Below, in pieces: positions 40,805-48,414 of a stretch of 64,000 bases of DNA. This DNA comes from a virus (lineage: Duplodnaviria > Caudoviricetes). The DNA lies in IMG/VR virus record IMGVR_UViG_3300028854_000488, one strand, 5' to 3'. Position numbers and translations under genes: made by a program. The notes under the pieces are model-generated. The model saw only the letters and a program-made list of their open reading frames with translations. It had not been told where the DNA came from and searched no databases. Numbering within the stretch: the first letter of the stretch is position 1; the number at the start of each line of letters is the position of its first letter.

Positions 40805-41854
40805 ATGATAACCATAACAAATAATAATATATATTATAGTGAAGAATCAATTTCATATTTATCATCAATAGATGAAGCTGATATTGTAAATCCAAATGAT
40901 ATAATACTTTTCCTATCTGATACAGTAGAATTAGGCGAAAATTTAATATTTAAAAGATTATTCGATATTGTATCATATAATGTTAATGATTTTAATGATA
41001 TTTTTTACTCATCACTAGGAGGATATTATATCGATCCTTTTCTTCAAGAAATTGAGAATAATATAACAGATAAAATCGACATGGATTATCTTGAAGTTAA
41101 TTGGAATTGTAATAAATATGATAATGAATTAACCGCTACTCCAACTATTCAAGGTGTATCAAACGATTATACTAAATTTTATGCAATAGATTTTATATCT
41201 CTTAATAATATTAAAAATTTAAATATTTCAATTAATAATAATTTTACTGTATATGATTATAATAAATTAATAGATGGACAAATAGAAGAAGATTCAATAA
41301 CGAATTTGGGGGAAAAATCATTTACTGTTTTTGATTTATATAATGCAATATTTAGTGAAATAACATTTCATGGAGGTCCTCTTGATAAAAAAGAGAGATT
41401 TGAAAATTTAGAAAAATGTATTGACGAAGATGATGATGATGATTTTAATATTGATGATTATAAAGAGTTGAAAAAATCTACAATAGATGAACTAATTGAT
41501 AAATATGAAAAAGAAGATATTTATTTGGTTAAATATAAAGATTTTAGATGTAGAGTCGATGAAAATAGAATTAAAAATAAAGAAAATTTATCTAAATTAA
41601 AAAAATGCGTAAAAGATAAATTGATTATTTATGAAGATATTTTTAAACCTAATAAAAGTTATAAAAAATATTATAAAAAATTAACAAATATTGAATTTAA
41701 TATGCAGACATTGTACGGGGAAGATGAAGATATTATGTATCATAAATTTTGGGAAACTCCTATGTGCACATGTCCAAAAATTAATAATATAGAAATATAT
41801 CCTTCCAAAAAATATTTTGTTGATGATAATTGTCCAATACATGGTAAAAAATAA
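40805..41854 (+). CDS. Hypothetical protein with C-terminal Cys/His motif
   Basis: HKFW...CTCP...CPIHG. Confidence 0.75.
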   Translation: MITITNNNIYYSEESISYLSSIDEADIVNPNDIILFLSDTVELGENLIFKRLFDIVSYNVNDFNDIFYSSLGGYYIDPFLQEIENNITDKIDMDYLEVNWNCNKYDNELTATPTIQGVSNDYTKFYAIDFISLNNIKNLNISINNNFTVYDYNKLIDGQIEEDSITNLGEKSFTVFDLYNAIFSEITFHGGPLDKKERFENLEKCIDEDDDDDFNIDDYKELKKSTIDELIDKYEKEDIYLVKYKDFRCRVDENRIKNKENLSKLKKCVKDKLIIYEDIFKPNKSYKKYYKKLTNIEFNMQTLYGEDEDIMYHKFWETPMCTCPKINNIEIYPSKKYFVDDNCPIHGKK

Positions 41855-41858
41855 ATTA

Positions 41859-41891
41859 AAAAAGCTTCAGATTAAATCTGAAGCTTTTTTA
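41859..41891. terminator. Bidirectional intrinsic terminator
   Basis: aaaaaagcttcagat/atctgaagctttttt between convergent genes. Confidence 0.75.
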
Positions 41892-42141
41892 ATTTTTCTT
41901 TTCTTATATGCTTAATAGAATATTCTAAACATTCTTCCGATATACCTTCATATGTTATATGATTTATAGTTTTATTTGTTATAAAAACTGGATTTCCAGA
42001 ATCCCAATAATCTGTAAAATAACTAAATCTATCAATTGCTATAATTATCATTGAATTTTTATGATACCAAGGATATTCAATAATATCACTACAACATTCA
42101 TTACAAATAACTATATCTCCTATTTTAAACTTGTTCGTCAT
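41872..42141 (-). CDS. Hypothetical protein ending RKEKLKKL
   Basis: 89-aa ORF. Confidence 0.65.
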   Translation of the reverse strand: MTNKFKIGDIVICNECCSDIIEYPWYHKNSMIIIAIDRFSYFTDYWDSGNPVFITNKTINHITYEGISEECLEYSIKHIRKEKLKKLQI

Positions 42142-43289
42142 TGTTTGTTTTTATAACCATTATTTTTATGATCTTTAAATAAAAAATTCATTTTTTCTCT
42201 TGATGAATCGTATGCTTTAGAGTTATTTATTTTAAATTCATTTCTTGTTTGGTATTTATTTGCTTCTTCTTGTAATTTTTCAATAGTCCAATAACCAGTT
42301 CTTACTTGTTTTTCAGAATATCCTTCATTTAAATGATTTTCAAATAATTTATCTAATATTTTTTTATACCATGCAGCTTTATATGCTAATATATTATAAT
42401 TTCTAAAATCTTGTCTTGTTTTATATTTATTAGCCTCAGATTGTAATACATCAAATGTCCAATAATCATCTATAAAACCTTTATTTATATGATTTTCAAA
42501 TAATTCATCTAACATTCGTTTTTGTTGAGCAGTCCAATATGCACCATAATTTTTACTAAATTCTTTTCTAGTTTTACATGAATTCGCTAATTTTTGCAAT
42601 GATTTTTTATTCCATTTTATAGAAGCACATCCTAATGAGCCAGTTTTTGCAATATTAAACATATTCCAATTGTTATTTATATAATATTCTAACCAATATT
42701 TTTCTTGTGCTTGAGCATCTGTTGATTTTAATTCGTCTTCTAATATTTTATACTTTGGTAGAGGAATATTATTTTCTTTGCAGAATTTATTTAAAGATTC
42801 ATCAATAGAAAAAATGTGTTCGTTATCTCTTCTTTTTATATTATTTGTTAATCCAACATAAGCTCTATTAAATTCTGGTAATTCGTATACATATATAACA
42901 TAAATATTTTCTTTCCATTCAGGCTTATCTAAATATCCATTATTTTGATGATTTTCAAATAACTTATTTAATATTTTTTTACTACACGCCGTATAATATG
43001 CTGGTGAATTATTTTTTCTGAACTCCTTTCTGTTTTTATATTTATCTGCTTCTGTTTGTAATATTTCAAGTGACCATTTACTTTTATTTCCTATTTTTAT
43101 TTTACCTTCATTTTGGTGATTTTTAAATAATAATTTAAGTAAATTATTTTTAATAGAATATTTATATTCGCGTAAGTTGTTATTTCTAAAATCTTGTTGA
43201 GTTTCATATTTATTAACTAATAATTGTAATTCTTCTAATGTATAATATATTTTAGATTTTTTATTTTTTACGATTAATTTATTTTTCAA
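42138..43289 (-). CDS. GIY-YIG homing endonuclease with flanking repeats
   Basis: YVIYVY...AYVGLTNNIKRRDNEH; repeated WxxExLQxEAxKYxxRxxF units. Confidence 0.85.
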   Translation of the reverse strand: MKNKLIVKNKKSKIYYTLEELQLLVNKYETQQDFRNNNLREYKYSIKNNLLKLLFKNHQNEGKIKIGNKSKWSLEILQTEADKYKNRKEFRKNNSPAYYTACSKKILNKLFENHQNNGYLDKPEWKENIYVIYVYELPEFNRAYVGLTNNIKRRDNEHIFSIDESLNKFCKENNIPLPKYKILEDELKSTDAQAQEKYWLEYYINNNWNMFNIAKTGSLGCASIKWNKKSLQKLANSCKTRKEFSKNYGAYWTAQQKRMLDELFENHINKGFIDDYWTFDVLQSEANKYKTRQDFRNYNILAYKAAWYKKILDKLFENHLNEGYSEKQVRTGYWTIEKLQEEANKYQTRNEFKINNSKAYDSSREKMNFLFKDHKNNGYKNKQ

Positions 43290-43580
43290 TTATATTTTTT
43301 TATTTTTTAAATATTGCTCTTCAATTTTTGCCCATTTCATTATTGGACACGTGCCACCAGTGTCTTTATATGTGTGATTTGTGAATATCTTTGCTCTCAA
43401 AGCGCATCCACATAGATTACATCTTGTAAATATATCAAATTCTCCTACCGCAACTGTTTCTTTATGCTCACATTCGTTACAAATTTGTATTCTTTCTGAT
43501 GCAAGTTCTGATTGTTCTAAAGTTGGATCAAAGGAAATTTTCCATGCAGTAAAAATTTCTTTTATTTTATTTATATCCAT
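43290..43580 (-). CDS. Small Cys-rich Zn-binding protein
   Basis: CNECEH, CNLCGC, CPIMKW. Confidence 0.75.
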   Translation of the reverse strand: MDINKIKEIFTAWKISFDPTLEQSELASERIQICNECEHKETVAVGEFDIFTRCNLCGCALRAKIFTNHTYKDTGGTCPIMKWAKIEEQYLKNKKI

Positions 43581-43655
43581 ATTTTTTTTATTTTATATAT
43601 AAAAACAATATGGCTATAATATAAAAAAAGTATATAATATTTTATATACTTTTTA

Positions 43656-43826
43656 TTATTCAATAATGCTCATGCCTATTTTAAATTTATAACCATCTAT
43701 ATCTATTTCATTTATTGATTCACAATCATCAATATTATCAACAAAAGATATTTCAACACTTTGAGTATTATCACAAATATAATCTTTATATTCTAATATC
43801 GCTTCTACTAATCTTTTATCATCCAT
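43656..43826 (-). CDS. 56-aa protein resembling the C-terminal domain of IleRS (not in the ORF track)
   Basis: MDDKRLVEAILEYKDYICDNTQSVEISFVDNIDDCESINEIDIDGYKFKIGMSIIE; resemblance judged by eye. Confidence 0.45.
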   Translation of the reverse strand: MDDKRLVEAILEYKDYICDNTQSVEISFVDNIDDCESINEIDIDGYKFKIGMSIIE

Positions 43827-43879
43827 ATTTTTATTTAAATTTTTATTTATATATTAACTTTTTATAGAATAATATATCG

Positions 43880-43959
43880 AACCTACGATGGGATTCAAAC
43901 CCACATTTACAACTTCAATTACAGTTACTTGATTCGTAGTCAAGACTGGTTACATAGGC
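43880..43959 (-). tRNA. Atypical tRNA-Arg(ACG)-like RNA lacking a D arm, with a long variable arm
   Basis: Acceptor GCCTATG/CGTAGGT; anticodon arm CTTGA-CTACGAA-TCAAG; T arm GTGGG-TTTGAAT-CCCAT; only 8 nt between acceptor and anticodon stems. Confidence 0.6.
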
Positions 43960-44582
43960 ATGTTATCGTATTTATCATTTTTTTCAATTAATTTTTGAAT
44001 TTCATTTTTAAAACAATCTCTTGCTTTTTCATTTTCATTTTTATACATATTTATAAGCCTGATATATTCTGGTATAAAATAAATGTCAACTTGCCCATAT
44101 CCTAATCCACCACAAGTTAATTCTCCAATACAGTGTTTAAAGAATATACCTTTAGTCATATATGAAGATCCAAAAATTTCTATATTAAATTTATTATCAT
44201 CATAATCATTAAATTCTTGCTCACAATCATATTCACATTTTAATAATAACATTTTATCATAGTTATTATTGTAAGGTTTTCTTGTTTTATCTGGATTTTT
44301 TAAATAAATAAATTTTTTATTATTTAAAAATGCTAATTTTAATTTTCTTTTTAACTTTATTTTTTTATTTTCTGGGAGCCAACGATATTCGACCAAATCT
44401 GTACATTTAAAATCAATTGTTAATTTAATTCCAAATATAAATTTAGATAATATTGAAAATTCAGAATAATTTTGTGGTTTAGGAATATCTAATTCAAAAT
44501 TACAATGATCACATTTTAGTATAGTTTTTATAAATTCAGAATGTATTCCTATATTATTATATCTAGCCATTATTTTACTCAA
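43950..44582 (-). CDS. Hypothetical protein
   Basis: 210-aa ORF whose 3' end overlaps the tRNA-like 5' end. Confidence 0.7.
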   Translation of the reverse strand: MSKIMARYNNIGIHSEFIKTILKCDHCNFELDIPKPQNYSEFSILSKFIFGIKLTIDFKCTDLVEYRWLPENKKIKLKRKLKLAFLNNKKFIYLKNPDKTRKPYNNNYDKMLLLKCEYDCEQEFNDYDDNKFNIEIFGSSYMTKGIFFKHCIGELTCGGLGYGQVDIYFIPEYIRLINMYKNENEKARDCFKNEIQKLIEKNDKYDNMPM

Positions 44583-45075
44583 TAATATTGTTAATATTTA
44601 TTAATTTTTCTTTCATAGAACATCTATATTTATATTTTTTAACTCCTTCTATTTTATCATCTAAACACTGATCAATTAAATATTCAGATTGACGAATAAC
44701 ATATTCCTTATTACAATTTTCTTTATTATCTCCATAATGACTAGTATCAAAACCTATCATCCAATAATTATTGAATTTTTCATAATTATCTAATGTTACA
44801 TCTCCATCAATTGATAATCCGTCAATCCATTTTAAAAATGAATCTGAATTAAAAAGTTGTCCGTATGTTAATCCACCATGAACTCTTATATCATTTATAT
44901 CATCATATGGTTTTTTATATAATGGATGATTAGTAGGTAATAATATATAACCATTTCCCCATCCAAATTCTAACATAGAAGGATATAAACTAAATAATGA
45001 TAAATGTTTAACTAAATAATTTTCAATTACTAATGTGTAAATTCCGTATTTCATTTTATATTTTATTAAAAACAA
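44575..45075 (-). CDS. Conserved-looking phage hypothetical protein
   Basis: GWGNGY...HP...VHGGLTY...IGFDTSH. Confidence 0.7.
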   Translation of the reverse strand: MFLIKYKMKYGIYTLVIENYLVKHLSLFSLYPSMLEFGWGNGYILLPTNHPLYKKPYDDINDIRVHGGLTYGQLFNSDSFLKWIDGLSIDGDVTLDNYEKFNNYWMIGFDTSHYGDNKENCNKEYVIRQSEYLIDQCLDDKIEGVKKYKYRCSMKEKLININNIIE

Positions 45076-45123
45076 AGATACTATTTTTTTATTAATTAAC
45101 CAAATAAATAATTAAAATATTTT

Positions 45124-45747
45124 TTAACTTTTTCCTGATATATTATCAACATTTTCTTGAATTTTATCAACATTTTCTTGTATATCATCAGTGCGAGTTT
45201 TTACGAAATTATCATTCTCTTTTACATTCTCTGTTATGTTATTAACATTTTTTTGTATATTATCAATATCAGTTTGAATATTTTTATCATTTTTGTCAAC
45301 ATTTTCCTGAATATCATCAACATTTTCCTGAATATCATCAACATTCTTTTTTATTTTATTATCTGTTTTTTCAACATCAATTTTTATATCATCAACATCT
45401 TTTTCGATATAGTCAACATCTTTTTCAATATCATCAACTTCAGTTTTAATATTTTCTGTCATTCCTTCTATTTTTTCAGATAATTCTTCAATTTTTTTAA
45501 TTATACTATCAGTCCTTTCTCCACTTATTTTAGCAATATAACCCAAAACTGGTAACGCTACACCTTGAAAAAATACGGAAACTATATATTGCATCCATGC
45601 AACTGGTCCTGAAGGCTGACTGAAAAATAATGGTATTATAACTAATAATGTTATTATCCAAAACATAGCCATACTAGATAATGAATTTGATAATATAACT
45701 GCTAAACCTTCTTGTAATGATTCAAATTTTTGTAACAATTTCTTCAT
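45124..45747 (-). CDS. Membrane protein (DUF1003-like N-terminus) with heptad-repeat coiled coil
   Basis: Two TM helices, then (V)DDIQEN 7-aa repeats. Confidence 0.7.
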   Translation of the reverse strand: MKKLLQKFESLQEGLAVILSNSLSSMAMFWIITLLVIIPLFFSQPSGPVAWMQYIVSVFFQGVALPVLGYIAKISGERTDSIIKKIEELSEKIEGMTENIKTEVDDIEKDVDYIEKDVDDIKIDVEKTDNKIKKNVDDIQENVDDIQENVDKNDKNIQTDIDNIQKNVNNITENVKENDNFVKTRTDDIQENVDKIQENVDNISGKS

Positions 45748-45802
45748 ACTACTTTTTATCTTTATATATAAAAAATGTATAATAAATTATTTGTAAAATT
45801 AG

Positions 45803-45885
45803 TGGACTGAGAGGGATTCGAACCCACAAGCTCCGAAGAGAACGCATTTACAGTGCGGCGAGCCAACCAACTGCTCAATCAATCC
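45803..45885 (-). tRNA. tRNA-Tyr(GTA)
   Basis: Anticodon loop CTGTAAA, long variable arm, GGTTCGAATCC. Confidence 0.9.
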
Positions 45886-45890
45886 ATTTG

Positions 45891-45963
45891 TACTCCCAGT
45901 AGGCATTGAACCTACATGACGTGCTTATAAGGCGCGCATACTTACCAATTATATGATAGGAGC
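45891..45963 (-). tRNA. tRNA-Ile(TAT)
   Basis: Anticodon loop CTTATAA; GTAGG-TTCAATG-CCTAC T arm. Confidence 0.85.
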
Positions 45964-45972
45964 ATTATTTAG

Positions 45973-46046
45973 TAGTCTCGGTGAGACTTGAACTCACGAT
46001 TTATTGCTTATCAGGCAATTGCTCTAACCAACTGAACTACAAGACT
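45973..46046 (-). tRNA. tRNA-Ile(GAT)
   Basis: Canonical cloverleaf, loop CTGATAA. Confidence 0.92.
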
Positions 46047-46113
46047 ATATAAGTTTATTTTTATTAATCATAACATACTATTAGTATGATAATAGTCACA
46101 ATTATAAACTATG

Positions 46114-46183
46114 TACCGAATATGATGTTCGAAATCATTTGGATTTCCTTATGAGAGAAATCTCTTTTCCACTAAGCTTCGGC
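46114..46183 (-). tRNA. Degenerate tRNA with CAT anticodon (Met or Ile2)
   Basis: Loop CTCATAA, T arm ATGAT-TTCGAAC-ATCAT; weak D arm. Confidence 0.6.
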
Positions 46184-46196
46184 ATTATGTTTATTG

Positions 46197-46270
46197 AGGC
46201 CAAGGTGGGACTCGAACCCACACAATATAGTTTTGCAGACTATCCCCTTATTCCATTCGGGCACTCGGTC
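46197..46270 (-). tRNA. tRNA-Cys(GCA)
   Basis: Loop CTGCAAA, U73 discriminator. Confidence 0.9.
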
Positions 46271-46278
46271 ATTTTTTG

Positions 46279-46350
46279 CGGGAGTGAGGAATCACGATAT
46301 CCTAACCTACTGGTTAACAGCCAGTTGCTCTGCCTTTGAGCTACATTCCC
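46279..46350 (-). tRNA. tRNA-Asn(GTT) with non-canonical T loop
   Basis: Loop CTGTTAA, G73; T loop ATCGTGA. Confidence 0.8.
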
Positions 46351-46361
46351 ATATATTTTTG

Positions 46362-46436
46362 CTGGAATAGTTGGATTCGAACCAATAACCCTCACTTTAA
46401 CAAAGTGCCGCTCTAACCGTTAAGAGCTACATTCCA
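46362..46436 (-). tRNA. tRNA-Asn(GTT)
   Basis: Loop TTGTTAA, G73, canonical T loop. Confidence 0.88.
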
Positions 46437-46444
46437 ATAATAAG

Positions 46445-46519
46445 CGGACTATAACGGTTACGGTCCGTTAATTTTACTTGAGTGACGGTCAAGTTCTCCA
46501 CCAAGGAGCCTAATAATCC
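46445..46519 (-). tRNA. tRNA-Asp(GTC) with non-canonical T loop
   Basis: CTTGA-CCGTCAC-TCAAG; T arm AACGG-ACCGTAA-CCGTT; G73. Confidence 0.75.
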
Positions 46520-46525
46520 ATTTTT

Positions 46526-46600
46526 TGGTACTGATTAAGAGAGTTGAACTCTTCTTGGCAGGTTGAAAACCTGTAGTCCTAACCGATAGACGAAACCAGC
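46526..46600 (-). tRNA. tRNA-Glu(TTC) with encoded CCA
   Basis: Loop TTTTCAA; ends ...AATCAGT-A-CCA. Confidence 0.9.
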
Positions 46601-46614
46601 ATTAATTTATTTTG

Positions 46615-46760
46615 TGAGATGGAGGGGATTCGAACCAATTGTAATAACTTCTGTGCTTTTCATGTACACTTATTACACATATCTTAATACGTTTATTTAC
46701 CTCATTCCTTAGACACCTGGGTCCATCCCAGGCTGGCTTCACCACAACCATAGCCACCTC
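46615..46760 (-). ncRNA. 146-nt tRNA-like RNA of unknown type
   Basis: Closed 7-bp acceptor-like stem GAGGTGG/CCATCTC + A; GGTTCGAATCC; extra internal hairpins. Confidence 0.55.
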
Positions 46761-46785
46761 ATATTTATTTATTCATTATCCAGTA

Positions 46786-46797
46786 TTTCAAAGAGCA
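46786..46797 (-). promoter_or_regulatory. boxA-like antitermination element TGCTCTTTGAAA
   Basis: Resembles the rrn boxA consensus; lies between the attenuator and the first RNA gene. Confidence 0.55.
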
Positions 46798-46800
46798 TTT

Positions 46801-46845
46801 AAAAACAAAAAACTCAGTTCTTATTTTTAAGAACTGAGTTTTTTT
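46801..46845 (-). terminator. Attenuator terminator upstream of the main tRNA array
   Basis: Minus strand: AAAAAACTCAGTTCTTA-AAAA-TAAGAACTGAGTTTTTT-GTTTTT. Confidence 0.85.
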
Positions 46846-46871
46846 ATTATTCACATAATAATTTTTTTAAC

Positions 46872-47003
46872 TTATCCAGTTCTTCGTACAATATTTTCAT
46901 CATCATTAATATAATCATTATTCATATTAATACATATCTCTTCCATATTGTAATTAATGTTACAATTGCGATAAATGCGATATATGTTATTCATGTTATT
47001 CAT
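46872..47003 (-). CDS. 43-aa attenuator leader peptide (not in the ORF track)
   Basis: MNNMNNIYRIYRNCNINYNMEEICINMNNDYINDDENIVRRTG*; its 3' end is complementary to the terminator 5' arm. Confidence 0.85.
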   Translation of the reverse strand: MNNMNNIYRIYRNCNINYNMEEICINMNNDYINDDENIVRRTG

Positions 47004-47035
47004 AATGTTTACTTTTTTAATTTATTGTTTTTTGT

Positions 47036-47725
47036 TTATTTAAAATTCTTTATTATTCCTGATATTGTGGATTTTGAACAATCTAATAACTTAGAAATGT
47101 CTATTTGTCTTACTCCATCAATATATAATTTTTTAACAACTTCTTTATCTATTTTACTAGACATTTTTTTAAATTTTAATGATTTGTTTTTTATTAGTTC
47201 ATAATTATTATTAAAAAAATCAACATCAGAATGTTCAATTGTATGACAATTTGCACATAATATTTGACATTTATTTAATTCTTCTATTATTTCTATTCTT
47301 ATCTCTTCTATGGAAGAAATATTTTCTTTGACAAATCTAAATTCAAAATTTTTATCTTTTAAATGATGAAAATGTAATGCACTTGTTGTATTATTATATC
47401 CACATTTTTCACATCCTTTTACATTTTTATATTCTAAGAATATTTTTTTATCATTTGTTCTATATGTCTTAGGTTTATCATGAAACTCATAATGACAATT
47501 TTGACATAATAACTCACATTTTTCAACTTCTTTGAATATATTTTTCCAATTTTTACCCCACATACGAGATAATCTATATTCTTTATCTTCAGAATTCGTA
47601 TGATGAAAACATAATTTAAAAAAATTAGTTTCTCCACATTTTTTACATTTACCTCCTAAAAAATTTATTGCTTTTAATTTTTTAGCAAATCTTAAAATTT
47701 TAGTACTATACATTTTATCTGTCAT
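47036..47725 (-). CDS. Tandem double-HNH endonuclease inserted in the tRNA region
   Basis: Two CxxCG...FHH...ExxKCxLLCxNCH units; C-terminal HTH-like segment. Confidence 0.85.
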   Translation of the reverse strand: MTDKMYSTKILRFAKKLKAINFLGGKCKKCGETNFFKLCFHHTNSEDKEYRLSRMWGKNWKNIFKEVEKCELLCQNCHYEFHDKPKTYRTNDKKIFLEYKNVKGCEKCGYNNTTSALHFHHLKDKNFEFRFVKENISSIEEIRIEIIEELNKCQILCANCHTIEHSDVDFFNNNYELIKNKSLKFKKMSSKIDKEVVKKLYIDGVRQIDISKLLDCSKSTISGIIKNFK

Positions 47726-47740
47726 AGTTCAACTTTTTAT

Positions 47741-47752
47741 TTTATATATAAA
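47741..47752 (-). promoter_or_regulatory. Recurrent TTTATATATA(A/C) motif, putative phage late promoter
   Basis: Found ~5-35 nt upstream of many ORFs (e.g. 2066, 14141, 16998, 21381, 31251, 47725, 58351). Confidence 0.5.
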
Positions 47753-47801
47753 TATAAAATAATGAACTTTTTATAAAATGTATAATTTTTTATTTATTTG
47801 T

Positions 47802-47870
47802 TGCGTGGAGGTAGATTCGAACTCCTACTTCAGCTTATGAGACTGATATGTTACCATTACAATATCCCGC
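47802..47870 (-). tRNA. Degenerate tRNA-Met(CAT)
   Basis: TCAGT-CTCATAA-GCTGA; bulged acceptor stem and imperfect T stem. Confidence 0.6.
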
Positions 47871-47884
47871 ATTTTTTATTATTG

Positions 47885-47955
47885 TTGCGATCGTAGGATT
47901 CGGACCTCGTTTCAGGGTTATGAGCCCTATATGCTGCCATTGCATCACCATCGCG
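47885..47955 (-). tRNA. Initiator-type tRNA-fMet(CAT)
   Basis: C1:A72 mismatch and GGG/CCC anticodon stem; T loop TCCGAAT. Confidence 0.75.
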
Positions 47956-47962
47956 ATATATT

Positions 47963-48352
47963 TTAATTTTTTTCTTTATCAATTTTTTTATAGAGTTTTT
48001 TAGCAATTTCTTTTGCTTTTGAACTCATACCTTTTTCTGTTTTAGGAACTTCTTTATCGTCAATTTTGATTTTATCAGCAAACATTATAAATTTTTCAGT
48101 TCTATCAGATTTTCTTTTCAGTTCATCGTAATTTTCTTGAATTTTATTTACTACTTTTACTGACTCATCAATTTTTTTTTCTTTACTTTTAATTTCGTTA
48201 TAATAATTTTGAATATTTATTATTTCTTCTTTAACGCTTTGATGTCTTTCAACATTTTTTTCTTTTTTACGTTTTTTTTCTTCTTTTATATTTTGAAGTT
48301 TACTATTTTCTATTTTTTTATCTTCTAATAATTTCTTAACAAATTTATTCAT
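47963..48352 (-). CDS. Lys/Glu-rich coiled-coil hypothetical protein
   Basis: Likely start MNKFVKK directly after the attenuator U-tract. Confidence 0.65.
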   Translation of the reverse strand: MNKFVKKLLEDKKIENSKLQNIKEEKKRKKEKNVERHQSVKEEIINIQNYYNEIKSKEKKIDESVKVVNKIQENYDELKRKSDRTEKFIMFADKIKIDDKEVPKTEKGMSSKAKEIAKKLYKKIDKEKN

Positions 48353-48385
48353 AAAAAAACCAGTCATTTTTTAATGACTGGTTTT
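48353..48385 (-). terminator. Second attenuator terminator
   Basis: Minus strand: AAAACCAGTCATT-AAAA-AATGACTGGTTTTTTT. Confidence 0.8.
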
Positions 48386-48414
48386 GTATAATTTTAGGCA
48401 TATAAGCCTGAATT

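Noticed and set aside
46139-46339. 66-aa plus-strand ORF in the ORF track
   Set aside because: It is the antisense reading of the tRNA-Cys/Asn/CAU genes.
46615-46760. tmRNA
   Set aside because: Only 146 nt between the paired ends, no G3:U70 pair and no tag ORF; kept as an unknown tRNA-like RNA.
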